From NCBI GenBank assembly GCA_964229195.1, contig CAXRAX010000009.1:2145-66144 (forward strand): a DNA stretch of 64,000 nucleotides, written 5' to 3'. A program made the translations under genes and the position numbers. Numbering within the stretch: position 1 is the stretch's first letter; each line of letters starts with the position of its first letter. Origin of the DNA: Chitinophagaceae bacterium (GTDB lineage Bacteria; Bacteroidota; Bacteroidia; Chitinophagales; Chitinophagaceae). The notes beneath the pieces were generated by a model. The model was not told the origin of the DNA, made no database searches, and saw nothing but the letters and a program-made list of their open reading frames with translations. Positions 1 to 8,442 of this stretch are shown in pieces.

Positions 1-1
1 C

Positions 2-1324
2 AATGTACTCAACGCTAAGCAGCATGCTCGGGAGGCGCAGGTCGTGGCCGAAGCGGGCATGGCGGGTGCGGTTACGATCGCTACGAACATGGCGGGTCGT
101 GGTACGGACATAAAATTAGGTGTAGGCGTGAAAGATGCCGGCGGATTGGCCATCATTGGTACGGAGCGGCATGAGAGTCGCCGCGTAGACAGGCAGTTAC
201 GTGGTCGTGCCGGTCGACAAGGCGATCCGGGTTCCTCTCAATTCTACGTTTCATTGGAAGACGACCTGATGCGCTTGTTCGGTAGCGAGCGGATCGCTTC
301 GATGATGGACAAGTTGGGATACAAGGAGGGGGAGGTGATCCAGCACAGTTGGATCAGTGGTTCGATTCAGCGGGCGCAGCGAAAAGTGGAGGAGAACAAC
401 TTTGGTATCCGGAAGCGCTTGTTGGAATACGATGATGTGATGAACATGCAGCGCAATGCGGTATACAAGCGGCGTAATCATGCGCTGTTTGGAGATCGTT
501 TGGCATTGGATATTGATACGGCTTTTGTGAATTTGGCGGAGGGGCTGATCCATTCCTTCCGCGAGCAGGAGGATCACGACGGATTTAAGCTGGCGGTGAT
601 CATGAGTTTTGGCATAGATACGGCCATTACGCGGGAGCAATTGAGCAAGATGGATGTGGGCTCGATGACAGACATGCTGTATTCAGAGGTGATGGAGCGC
701 TATGAAAGGCAGAAGAAGGAGTTGCAGCAGCAGTCGGTTCCGGTGTTCAAGAACATCAAGTTGCAGCAGGGAAGTCACATCGAAAACGTAGTGGTGCCCT
801 TTACCGATGGCAAGCGCGGGTTGAATGTGCTGTCGAACATGAAAAAAACTTTGGAGTCGGAGGGCGTAGAATTGACTAATGCGCTTGAGCGCACGATTAC
901 CTTGGCGGTGATCGATGAGTCGTGGAAGGAGCATTTGCGGGCGATGGATGATTTGAAGCAGAGTGTACAGACAGCGTATTTGGAGCAGAAGGATCCGTTG
1001 GTGATCTATAAGATGGAGGCATACAATTTATTCCGTTCGATGAATGAGGAGGTGAACAAGTCGATCGTGTCGTTTTTGACACATTGCAGCATTCCCATTC
1101 AGGATGAGCGCACGCAACTCAAAGAGGGCCGTCAGCAGAAGACCGATATGAGCCGGATGAAGGTCAACAAAGACGAGATCGATTCTTTAGGCGATGATTA
1201 CGCTGCCAACGAGCGGGACAAAGCTCCTGCCACGCCGGTGGTTGCTGCCCCGAGGATTGGACGTAATGATCCGTGTCCGTGTGGGAGTGGGAAGAAGTAT
1301 AAGCAGTGTCATGGGAGGGAGTAG
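2..1324 (+). CDS. secA: Preprotein translocase subunit SecA, C-terminal part (5' end lies upstream of the window)
   Basis: The frame is open from base 2 ([40 protein letters not shown], a SecA motor motif). It ends with the zinc-binding tail [14 protein letters not shown]. Confidence 0.95.
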   Translation, partial: NVLNAKQHAREAQVVAEAGMAGAVTIATNMAGRGTDIKLGVGVKDAGGLAIIGTERHESRRVDRQLRGRAGRQGDPGSSQFYVSLEDDLMRLFGSERIASMMDKLGYKEGEVIQHSWISGSIQRAQRKVEENNFGIRKRLLEYDDVMNMQRNAVYKRRNHALFGDRLALDIDTAFVNLAEGLIHSFREQEDHDGFKLAVIMSFGIDTAITREQLSKMDVGSMTDMLYSEVMERYERQKKELQQQSVPVFKNIKLQQGSHIENVVVPFTDGKRGLNVLSNMKKTLESEGVELTNALERTITLAVIDESWKEHLRAMDDLKQSVQTAYLEQKDPLVIYKMEAYNLFRSMNEEVNKSIVSFLTHCSIPIQDERTQLKEGRQQKTDMSRMKVNKDEIDSLGDDYAANERDKAPATPVVAAPRIGRNDPCPCGSGKKYKQCHGRE

Positions 1325-1330
1325 GAATAT

Positions 1331-1447
1331 TGTCCGCCGTCCGCCGTCGGCCGTCCGTAGTCCGCAGTAGTTGTACGCTATTAGTTTTCAGTTGATCAGC
1401 GGTCAGCGGACAGTGGTCAGCGGACATATTCTGCGGTCAGCGGACAT
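1331..1447. repeat. GC-rich degenerate repeat block built from GTCCGC/GCGGAC units with roughly self-complementary halves
   Basis: The 12-mer GGTCAGCGGACA occurs three times (1401-1412, 1415-1426, 1435-1446). The GTCCGCC-rich half 1331-1367 is roughly complementary to it. The block lies between convergent secA and the K-channel gene. Confidence 0.75.
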
Positions 1448-2223
1448 CATTTCCGCTTCTCCCGAAACTCATCCAAAAACCCAGCAGTCAATATCCCGGC
1501 GGGGAGTGCGAAAATGGCCACTCCAACTAGCATAATGACACCAGAGGCGATTTTACCGGCCAGAGTCATGGGTACCATATCGCCGTAGCCGGTGGTAGTC
1601 AGTGTAACTACTGCCCACCAGACGGAGGCGGGTATACTGGTGAATTGATCACCGCTGACGGGATGCAAGTGTTCGGCAAAGTAGAGAGCGCTGGAGGCAA
1701 TGATGATCAAAAACAGCATCAGGATCAAGCTCAGTACCAGTTCATTGGCCCGTTTTTTAAATACGTTTATGATCAATTGGGTCGCTTGCAAATAGGCCGT
1801 TAATTGAAACAGCCGCAGGAAGCGAAGTAAACGCAGCATTCGAATGATACGCAGGTCGAGTGTTACGACGGATACCAGATAGAAAGGCAAAAAGGCCAGC
1901 AGATCGATCAGGGCCCCGGGGGTTAACATGTATCTGAGTCGCCCCCAGATCGGGTGACGGTATTTCGGATCATGGTTGCTGCTCCAAAGCCGCAGCAGAT
2001 ATTCAATCGTGAAAATAATGACTGAGAATAGATCGAAAGCGTAAAACAGCTGCTGCTCGGCCTGTTCATCATTGAAGCCTGGGACTGTCTCCAACATGAC
2101 CGCGATCACATTGAGCACGATCAATACTATGATGAAGATGTTGATGAACTTATCCCACCGCTCATTTCCTAAGACCTCCGGATGAAGGAGGCGGTGTATG
2201 CGGTGTTTCGTACTCTTATACAT
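1447..2223 (-). CDS. Voltage-gated-type K+ channel (6TM ion transport protein)
   Basis: 258-aa ORF with multiple hydrophobic segments, the S4-like Arg repeat LRIIRMLRLLRFLRL, and the K+ selectivity filter TTTGYGD. Confidence 0.85.
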   Translation of the reverse strand: MYKSTKHRIHRLLHPEVLGNERWDKFINIFIIVLIVLNVIAVMLETVPGFNDEQAEQQLFYAFDLFSVIIFTIEYLLRLWSSNHDPKYRHPIWGRLRYMLTPGALIDLLAFLPFYLVSVVTLDLRIIRMLRLLRFLRLFQLTAYLQATQLIINVFKKRANELVLSLILMLFLIIIASSALYFAEHLHPVSGDQFTSIPASVWWAVVTLTTTGYGDMVPMTLAGKIASGVIMLVGVAIFALPAGILTAGFLDEFREKRK

Positions 2224-2227
2224 TGTA

Positions 2228-2235
2228 CGAAATTA
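2228..2235 (-). promoter_or_regulatory. Candidate -7 box TAATTTCG (one mismatch to TAnnTTTG), 4 nt upstream of the channel ATG
   Basis: The reverse complement of 2228-2235 reads TAATTTCG. The spacer is TACA, followed by ATG at 2223-2221. Confidence 0.3.
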
Positions 2236-2250
2236 TGATAATATAGGATG

Positions 2251-2320
2251 TAGTCCGCCGTCGGCCGACCGCCGTCCGCCCTTGCCAGCCGAAGCCTTGG
2301 CGAAGGCTGGTGACCGCCGT
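2251..2320. repeat. Left arm of the long-range inverted repeat flanking four-helix-bundle gene 1
   Basis: 2280-2320 is the reverse complement of 2796-2836 (40/41 by manual alignment). The arm contains an internal palindrome ccagcc..ggctgg. It also carries GTCCGCCGTCGGCCG (2253-2267), which is shared with 1339-1353. Confidence 0.85.
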
Positions 2321-2341
2321 TAGAAGTTTCAAGTCAGTTAG

Positions 2342-2695
2342 TTAATGAATTGAGGTTTTAAGTTTATAAAGTCTGGCACTCAATTCATGACAGCGGGAAT
2401 ATATTTTCGTAAAGTCACCTTGATCGATAATGCTTCGTTTTTTTGCCAAGTAAATACAAGCTACTACTTCAATATTCGAACGGATGGCTATTCCCAGAAA
2501 ACGTTTGAATTCTGCATTCGATTGCCCTGTAGAGCCCTCTGCGATATTCAACGATACAGAATCAGCCGCACGCTTGATCTGAGAGGTTAAAATAAAGATT
2601 TCTGCCTTTGGAAATTGTTTTGTTACCTCATGAACGGTCATCGACAAATCAACAGCCAACTGCCAAACCTGTAACTTTTCAAATTTGAATTGCAT
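2342..2695 (-). CDS. Four-helix-bundle protein (23S rRNA intervening-sequence protein / Avd-like family)
   Basis: 117 aa. FEKLQVWQLAVDL...QIKRAADSVSLNIAEGS...EFKRFLGIAIRSNIEV is the signature I recognise for the TIGR02436/PF05635-type family. Confidence 0.85.
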   Translation of the reverse strand: MQFKFEKLQVWQLAVDLSMTVHEVTKQFPKAEIFILTSQIKRAADSVSLNIAEGSTGQSNAEFKRFLGIAIRSNIEVVACIYLAKKRSIIDQGDFTKIYSRCHELSARLYKLKTSIH

Positions 2696-2699
2696 CCGC

Positions 2700-2707
2700 C
2701 AAACATA
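2700..2707 (-). promoter_or_regulatory. Candidate -7 box TATGTTTG, 4 nt upstream of the four-helix-bundle ATG
   Basis: The reverse complement of 2700-2707 is TATGTTTG, a perfect TAnnTTTG. A TTG (reverse complement of CAA 2728-2730) lies 20 nt upstream as a possible -33 element. Confidence 0.4.
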
Positions 2708-2753
2708 TTTTCCTATCCGAGCAGAAGCAACACACGAATCGATTACCTGTTAG

Positions 2754-2850
2754 TGGCAGCGGTCGGCGGACTGCGGACGGTGGACAACTCTGCGGACGGC
2801 GGTCACCAACCTTCGCCAAGGCTTCGGCTGGCAAGGTCGGTCACCGGACT
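2754..2850. repeat. Right arm of the inverted repeat flanking four-helix-bundle gene 1, preceded by GCGGAC-type units
   Basis: The core 2796-2836 is complementary to 2280-2320. GGTCGGCGGAC at 2761-2771 is a one-mismatch variant of the 12-mer in block 1331-1447. The arm ends 2 nt before the amidohydrolase stop codon. Confidence 0.85.
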
Positions 2851-2852
2851 AC

Positions 2853-4190
2853 TCAAAACCCCTTCTTCCCCTTATTCAACTCATACTTCTCCTCAAACCG
2901 GCGGTTCAGCAGCTTGTGCTTATCGGTCAAATCAACCTGCCGACCCTGAATGAGTGCCATGGTAACATTGCTGCTCTTCATATCCAGAATATCGCCTTCG
3001 CTAACGACAATATTGGCATCCTTACCCACCTCGATACGACCGGTGCGATCGGCAACACCCATGATCTTCGCGGCATTCAGGGTAATAGCTGCGAGTGCTT
3101 CCTCCTTCGATAACCCGTAAGCGGCTGCTGTACCGGCATTGAAGGCTAAGTTTCGGCCGCGGGTCTGGGAATCATCATCCGAGATGGAGAAAAGAACGCC
3201 GGCTTTTTGTAAGGCCGCAGCCGTCTTGTAAGGCTGATCCACATCGTCATCCTCCGCCGTAGGCAAACTGTGCGGCTGCTGTAAGATCACCGATACATTG
3301 TATTTCTTCAGAAGATCCGCTACCTGATAACTCTCGCTGCCACCTACGATCACCAGATCCACCCCGAATTCTTGTACAAAATCCAACGCAGCCAAAGTCT
3401 GCTTTACGGTGTTTCCATGTACATATAGCTTCTGCTTCTTGTCTAACAACTTCTTGACCGCCTCAAACTTCAAATTCGTCTGCTCATGCGTAGGTTGAGC
3501 ATGGTAAGCCTTCGCTTCGCGAAGGAATTGCTTGAACGATTCGATCTTATCCAATCCCTCTTTCACAGCATCGCCACCGGAGGGCTGGGGACCACCAAAT
3601 CCGCCACCACCAAAACGGCCGCCGGAGGGACGAGCCAACAAGGAAGGAAAATACACATGCATGCCCCCATCGGTCTGATAGGCCGCGTCTTCCCAGTTCC
3701 AGGCGTCCAACTGCACCAGCGAAGAAGTACCGGCTACGAAATTCCCCTGCGGTACCACATTGGCCAATAAGATCCCGTTCGAACGAAGCGTGTTGATCAC
3801 CTTCGAATCCGAATTGTAAGCCACGAGCGAGCGCACATTCGGGTTCAGATCACCGATCTCCCGGGCATCCTGCGTGGCACGAACGGCACTGATCTCCACC
3901 AATCCCAGTGCACTGGTGGGTAAGATCAAGCCGGGATAAACATGCTTGCCGGCAGCATCCACCACCTGAATGTTGGCACTGCGGGGCACGGGAATATCAT
4001 TGCCCACGGCCATGATCTTTCCACCCTCCACACGAATGGTGCCTTTTTCAATGACGGTGCCATTGCCGGTATGGATGGTGGCATTGATGATATAAATAGG
4101 GTCGGTCTGCGATTTGGCTGGCAAAACGGTTTCCTGCGCCAAAAGCGAGGAACTCAAACCGATCAGAAAGGCGATTAATGTCTTTTTCAT
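2853..4190 (-). CDS. Secreted amidohydrolase-superfamily protein lacking the HxH metal motif
   Basis: The ORF-track start at 4475 overlaps the upstream gene. The internal ATG at 4190 gives the signal peptide MKKTLIAFLIGLSSSLLAQ. The tail GLSKEEALAAITLNAAKIMGVADRTGRIEVGKDANIVV is amidohydrolase-like. PGLILPTSALG stands where DxHxH is expected. Confidence 0.8.
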   Translation of the reverse strand: MKKTLIAFLIGLSSSLLAQETVLPAKSQTDPIYIINATIHTGNGTVIEKGTIRVEGGKIMAVGNDIPVPRSANIQVVDAAGKHVYPGLILPTSALGLVEISAVRATQDAREIGDLNPNVRSLVAYNSDSKVINTLRSNGILLANVVPQGNFVAGTSSLVQLDAWNWEDAAYQTDGGMHVYFPSLLARPSGGRFGGGGFGGPQPSGGDAVKEGLDKIESFKQFLREAKAYHAQPTHEQTNLKFEAVKKLLDKKQKLYVHGNTVKQTLAALDFVQEFGVDLVIVGGSESYQVADLLKKYNVSVILQQPHSLPTAEDDDVDQPYKTAAALQKAGVLFSISDDDSQTRGRNLAFNAGTAAAYGLSKEEALAAITLNAAKIMGVADRTGRIEVGKDANIVVSEGDILDMKSSNVTMALIQGRQVDLTDKHKLLNRRFEEKYELNKGKKGF

Positions 4191-4210
4191 ATCTGTAGTG
4201 ATTGATAGGA

Positions 4211-7200
4211 TTAATGATTTTCTTCCGCATCGATGACCAGCAATCCGTGGCTGTGTCCATGGTCGCTGCAGGTATGCATCAGTTGATAAGAGGGTTGAGC
4301 CGGTATCGTGGGCATGCCACTTCTTTTCTCGCCGTTCATTTTCCGCACCAGACGCAAGCGCTCTGCATCCACCTCTTTTTGCATCTGCTCGTCCTTGGCC
4401 CGGTCGTAATAAACCGTTCCATCCACGATGGTGTAAAGGGACTTGGCATAAATGCTCAGCGGGTGATCGCTCCACAGCACCACATCCGCATCCTGTCCGG
4501 GCTTCAGGCTGCCGACCTTTTCCTCAACATGCAACATTATAGCCGGGTTTAAGGTCACCATCTTCAAGGCCTCCTCTTCCGTTACGCCACCATACTTCAC
4601 GATCTTGGCGGCTTCCTGGTTGAGGCGACGTGCCATTTCAGCATCATCACTGTTAATGGCAACGGTGAGTCCCACTTTCTGCATGATGGCGGCATTATAC
4701 GGAATGGCATCCTCCACTTCCATCTTGTAAGCCCACCAGTCAGAGAAAGTAGATACATAAGATCCGTGCTTCAGCATTTTATCCGCCACTTTATATCCTT
4801 CCAGAATATGTGTGAACGTATTGACCGTGTAGCCCATCTGTTCAGCCACTTTCATGGCGCCGTTGATCTCGCTTTGCACGTAAGAGTGACAAGTGATGAA
4901 ACGCTTCTTCTCGAGGATCTCCACGAGTGCATCCAGTTCCAGGTCGCGGCGAGGCGCCGTACCCGTAAATCCTTTCTTGCCTTTGTTCGCTTCATATTCC
5001 TTCCATGCCCGCTGATAATCTTTGGCACGGGTAAAGGCATCCACCAATACTTGCTCTACGCCCATGCGCGTATCGGGATAGCGATTGTTTCCGAGGGGGG
5101 CGGAGGAACGTTTTACGTTCTCACCGAGGGCGAACTTGATCTGTCCGGGCCAGCCGCGGAATTTCAAATCCTCATCATTGCCACCCCAGCGAAGCTTGAG
5201 CAGTTGGGTTTGTCCGCCAATGACATTCGCCGAACCATGCAGGATATGTGAGGAAGTGACGCCGCCACTGAGCTGGCGGTAAATATTCACGTCGTCCGGA
5301 TTCAGGTTATCTCCGATGCGTACTTCGGAGGTTACGGATTGTCCGCCTTCATTGATCGAAGCCGCCGCAATATGCGAGTGCTCATCGATGATACCGGCGG
5401 TTACATGTTTTCCGGTTCCATCGATTACTCGGGCGGTGGGGTCTGAAAGATTCTTCCCTACTGCGGCGATTTTGCCGTTTTTAATAAGTACGTCGGATTC
5501 TTTTAGTATGCCTTCTTTTTCGTTGGTCCACACCGTTGCGTTCTTTATGAGTATGGTCTCCGATTGCGGACGCTCATTTTCTTTCCATCCGAAAGGAAGC
5601 AAGGGATAGGTAACCGAACCCAGTACGGGCGGATCTTTTTTCTTGACGCTGTCGGCTTTGAATTCACCGGCCTTGACCAGCACGGCGGTCCAGCTCAGCG
5701 GATTACCCAATGAATCCGTTCCGGTTCCGTTCCAGCTGCTGCCGTTGACGAGTCCGCTAAGACGAGTAGCCGTCACCGGCAAGGGCTCCGTCCCGGAGGT
5801 CATCATACCTCTTCCGCCAAAACCGCCCATCGGACGACGGCTCGTATCAGCGCCCGGGGCTCCTCCCCCGCGAACGCGCTTGGCCGCAGGAGCAAAGCTT
5901 AATTTGATTTGCTTGCCATCAACTGTAAGTTTTGATTGCAGCGTATCCTTCGCAAATAGCGAAGTTGCTCCGCCGGCTTTTACCTCTAGGGTGTATTGTT
6001 CGGTGCCGCCCGGACCGTTTACCGATAACGTGTATGTGCCATTAATGGCGCCGGCATCTTCCTTGATGGTGTATTTGATGCCCTGCACCCAGTTCTGGAG
6101 CAGGGTTGATTTTTCCTGGAACATCGGCCCGCTCATCACCAAGAAATTCGCCAGTTTACCCGCTTCCAAACTGCCGATCATATCGGCTACGCCCAGTGCC
6201 TTTGCCGGATTCAGTGTCAGTGCCTCCATGGCAGCTTTTTCGGAGAGTCCGTACTCCATCGACTTTTTCAAAGCGGAAGCGAATTGAGAAACGGATTTCA
6301 GATCGGCCGTAGTGAGACAGAAAGGAATACCTGCTTTCTCGAAAGAGGCAGCTAAGGTGGGGGCCAGCTCCCAATGTTTCATATCGCCCAAAGACACGAA
6401 ACGGGCATCATTGGGATCTTCGACATCTTGTGCCAAGGGAAAATTGAGGGGGAGAATAAAAGTAGCGTTGGTGGATTTCATCTCCCGGATGCGCTGGTAC
6501 TCGTTTTGTCCGGCTTTGATGATGTATTGCACCCCGAATTCATCGCCGATGCGATCGGCCCGCAGGTCGTTCCATTTATCGCCGGCCTCAAACACTTGAG
6601 GCAGCGAACGATTCTCATTGAAAGCTTTCAGGCTGAGGTTGGTGCCTTCCGCCGCGGGCTTGTTCTTATACCAATCGGCATCGAGATAGGTCTGACGCAA
6701 CAACGAAATATTACCCATCATGGAGCTGGGATAACTCTGCGTGGAAGTTCCTTTATTGAAAGAATAGTGAGCAGAAGCTTTTTCGCGTAAAATGACGAGG
6801 TTTTCTTTTTCCGAGGCGAGGGTGACAAGTGTACCGGTGCCACGGGCAATACCATCTCGCACGTGTGTAAGCACAGTGCCGAATCCGGCCTCGCGCATGG
6901 ATTTAGCCTGAGATTCGTTGACCGAGAAGGAGGCGTAGGCGTTTACTTCGGGACGAATGGCTTGGTTCCATCCAAAGGGACCTTTGGTCGCCGTTTCCAA
7001 TTGTGCGGGCTGGGCAAAATTAAATCCGCCGCGACCGGTATTCTGTTGCGCGGGCATGCCATAATCGGCATATAGGTCTACGAATGATGGGTAAATGAAT
7101 TTATTGGTGCAATCGATCTCCACGGCGCCGACGGGCACGGGAAGTCCGGCACCCACGGCCACGATCTTTCCATCGCGCACCACGAGGGTGGCATTTTGGA

Positions 7201-7360
7201 TCGTCGAATTGGCGTGCTGCACCAGGGTAGCGTGTGTGAACGCGTAATAACCCGAGCGGGGATCGGCTACACCGTTTTCCGGAAAGGTGGGTTGGGCCCA
7301 TGCCGTCATCCAGGAGGTGGCGGATAGCACCAGAGCCAGTAAACAAGAGAGATGTCGCAT
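4211..7360 (-). CDS. Large secreted two-module amidohydrolase-family protein
   Basis: 1049 aa with the signal peptide MRHLSCLLALVLSATSWMTAWAQ. The N-terminal module resembles the small neighbour and has no HxH. The C-terminal module carries GIIDEHSHIAA (HSH at 5372-5380) and a typical amidohydrolase tail. Confidence 0.85.
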   Translation of the reverse strand: MRHLSCLLALVLSATSWMTAWAQPTFPENGVADPRSGYYAFTHATLVQHANSTIQNATLVVRDGKIVAVGAGLPVPVGAVEIDCTNKFIYPSFVDLYADYGMPAQQNTGRGGFNFAQPAQLETATKGPFGWNQAIRPEVNAYASFSVNESQAKSMREAGFGTVLTHVRDGIARGTGTLVTLASEKENLVILREKASAHYSFNKGTSTQSYPSSMMGNISLLRQTYLDADWYKNKPAAEGTNLSLKAFNENRSLPQVFEAGDKWNDLRADRIGDEFGVQYIIKAGQNEYQRIREMKSTNATFILPLNFPLAQDVEDPNDARFVSLGDMKHWELAPTLAASFEKAGIPFCLTTADLKSVSQFASALKKSMEYGLSEKAAMEALTLNPAKALGVADMIGSLEAGKLANFLVMSGPMFQEKSTLLQNWVQGIKYTIKEDAGAINGTYTLSVNGPGGTEQYTLEVKAGGATSLFAKDTLQSKLTVDGKQIKLSFAPAAKRVRGGGAPGADTSRRPMGGFGGRGMMTSGTEPLPVTATRLSGLVNGSSWNGTGTDSLGNPLSWTAVLVKAGEFKADSVKKKDPPVLGSVTYPLLPFGWKENERPQSETILIKNATVWTNEKEGILKESDVLIKNGKIAAVGKNLSDPTARVIDGTGKHVTAGIIDEHSHIAAASINEGGQSVTSEVRIGDNLNPDDVNIYRQLSGGVTSSHILHGSANVIGGQTQLLKLRWGGNDEDLKFRGWPGQIKFALGENVKRSSAPLGNNRYPDTRMGVEQVLVDAFTRAKDYQRAWKEYEANKGKKGFTGTAPRRDLELDALVEILEKKRFITCHSYVQSEINGAMKVAEQMGYTVNTFTHILEGYKVADKMLKHGSYVSTFSDWWAYKMEVEDAIPYNAAIMQKVGLTVAINSDDAEMARRLNQEAAKIVKYGGVTEEEALKMVTLNPAIMLHVEEKVGSLKPGQDADVVLWSDHPLSIYAKSLYTIVDGTVYYDRAKDEQMQKEVDAERLRLVRKMNGEKRSGMPTIPAQPSYQLMHTCSDHGHSHGLLVIDAEENH

Positions 7361-7489
7361 AGTCAGGAATTAATTGAACGATTAGAGGGAGACAAATCAA
7401 CGGAAAATCCGTGATATAGCGCTTCAAAAGGGGGATTGATTTCCGGCCGTTTTAACGGAGTTATGAACCGTGAATCCACACAATAGTTT

Positions 7490-7497
7490 TATTTTTG
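7490..7497 (+). promoter_or_regulatory. Candidate -7 box TATTTTTG upstream of deoC
   Basis: Perfect TAnnTTTG 11 nt before the ATG at 7509. It lies inside the GTG-started ORF extension (7470), which argues for the ATG start. Confidence 0.4.
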
Positions 7498-7508
7498 AGA
7501 ATACCGGT

Positions 7509-8429
7509 ATGAAACGCTCCTCCCCCGCACAGATTTTGCCCGATTTTCGTCGCACCCGCGGGGTCGATCAAACCGGCATCGAGGAACGAGCTGCCCGTTT
7601 TACCAAGCGAAGCATCAAGCAATCGTCTAAGCAACAAGCACTTAATCAGGTGCTGAACATGATCGACCTCACGACCCTGGAGGGGAAGGATACCGAACAA
7701 AAAGTGAGACAACTCTGCTACAAAGCCCGGCACCTCCACGATGAGCTCGCTGATATCCCGACCGTTGCGGCGGTTTGCGTCTATCCCAATTTTGTCCGCG
7801 TCGCCAAAAAAGCCCTGGAAGGCTCCGGCATCAACGTGGCCTCGGTGGCTACGGCGTTTCCGAGCGGCCAATCCACCCGCGCCATTAAACTGGCCGATAC
7901 GCGATTTGCGGTCAGCGAAGGCGCCGATGAAGTGGACATGGTGATCAGTCGAGGTAAATTCCATGCCGGCGAATACGGATTTGTTTTTGACGAGATCGCA
8001 GCCATCAAAGAAGCTTGCGGCAAGGCCCGATTGAAAGTGATCCTCGAAACCGGTGAGCTGGGTTCGTTCGACAAGGTTCGTCGCGCCAGCGACATCGCGA
8101 TGTATGCCGGAGCTGATTTCATTAAAACCTCCACGGGAAAGATCCAACCCGCGGCCACCATGCCCGTTACGCTCGTGATGCTGGAAGCCATTCGTGATTT
8201 TTACTACCAGACGGGGAGGCAAGTAGGCATGAAACCGGCCGGTGGCATTTCTAAATCCAAACTGGCGCTGCATTACTTGGTGATGCTGCGCGAGACGCTG
8301 GGGCAAGACTGGATGAGCAACGAGTGGTTTCGCTTTGGCGCCAGCAGTTTGGCCAACGATGTACTGATGCAGATCCGTAAAGAAAGAACCGGACAATACC
8401 AGTCGGCCGCCTATTTCTCGGTCGACTAA
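7509..8429 (+). CDS. deoC: Deoxyribose-phosphate aldolase (long form)
   Basis: IDLTTLEG, VCVYP, EVDMVI and the Schiff-base lysine context ADFIKTSTGK. The start was chosen at the ATG downstream of the -7 box. Confidence 0.85.
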   Translation: MKRSSPAQILPDFRRTRGVDQTGIEERAARFTKRSIKQSSKQQALNQVLNMIDLTTLEGKDTEQKVRQLCYKARHLHDELADIPTVAAVCVYPNFVRVAKKALEGSGINVASVATAFPSGQSTRAIKLADTRFAVSEGADEVDMVISRGKFHAGEYGFVFDEIAAIKEACGKARLKVILETGELGSFDKVRRASDIAMYAGADFIKTSTGKIQPAATMPVTLVMLEAIRDFYYQTGRQVGMKPAGGISKSKLALHYLVMLRETLGQDWMSNEWFRFGASSLANDVLMQIRKERTGQYQSAAYFSVD

Positions 8430-8442
8430 CCAATAGAATACC

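Noticed and set aside
1164-1427. Small ORFs translating the GC-rich repeat blocks (1164-1427 minus, 2690-2953 plus)
   Set aside because: They overlap secA or the amidohydrolase 3' end and the repeats. Their products are repeat-derived low-complexity peptides. There is no start-codon context.
2342-2695. Diversity-generating retroelement (the four-helix-bundle protein acting as Avd)
   Set aside because: I found no reverse-transcriptase-like ORF and no template/variable repeat pair with adenine-specific differences near either four-helix-bundle gene in this window. The flanking repeats are inverted, not TR/VR-type direct repeats.
1331-2850. Integron cassette array (repeat blocks acting as attC sites)
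   Set aside because: There is no integron integrase in the window, and I could not find the RYYYAAC / GTTRRRY core sites at the block boundaries. It is kept only as an alternative to test computationally under the repeat finding.
4191-4475. 95-aa N-terminal extension of the small amidohydrolase ORF (ORF-track start at 4475)
   Set aside because: The extension overlaps the 3' end of the upstream amidohydrolase gene by about 265 nt and is Arg/His-rich junk. The internal ATG at 4190 gives a canonical signal peptide 20 nt after the upstream stop codon.
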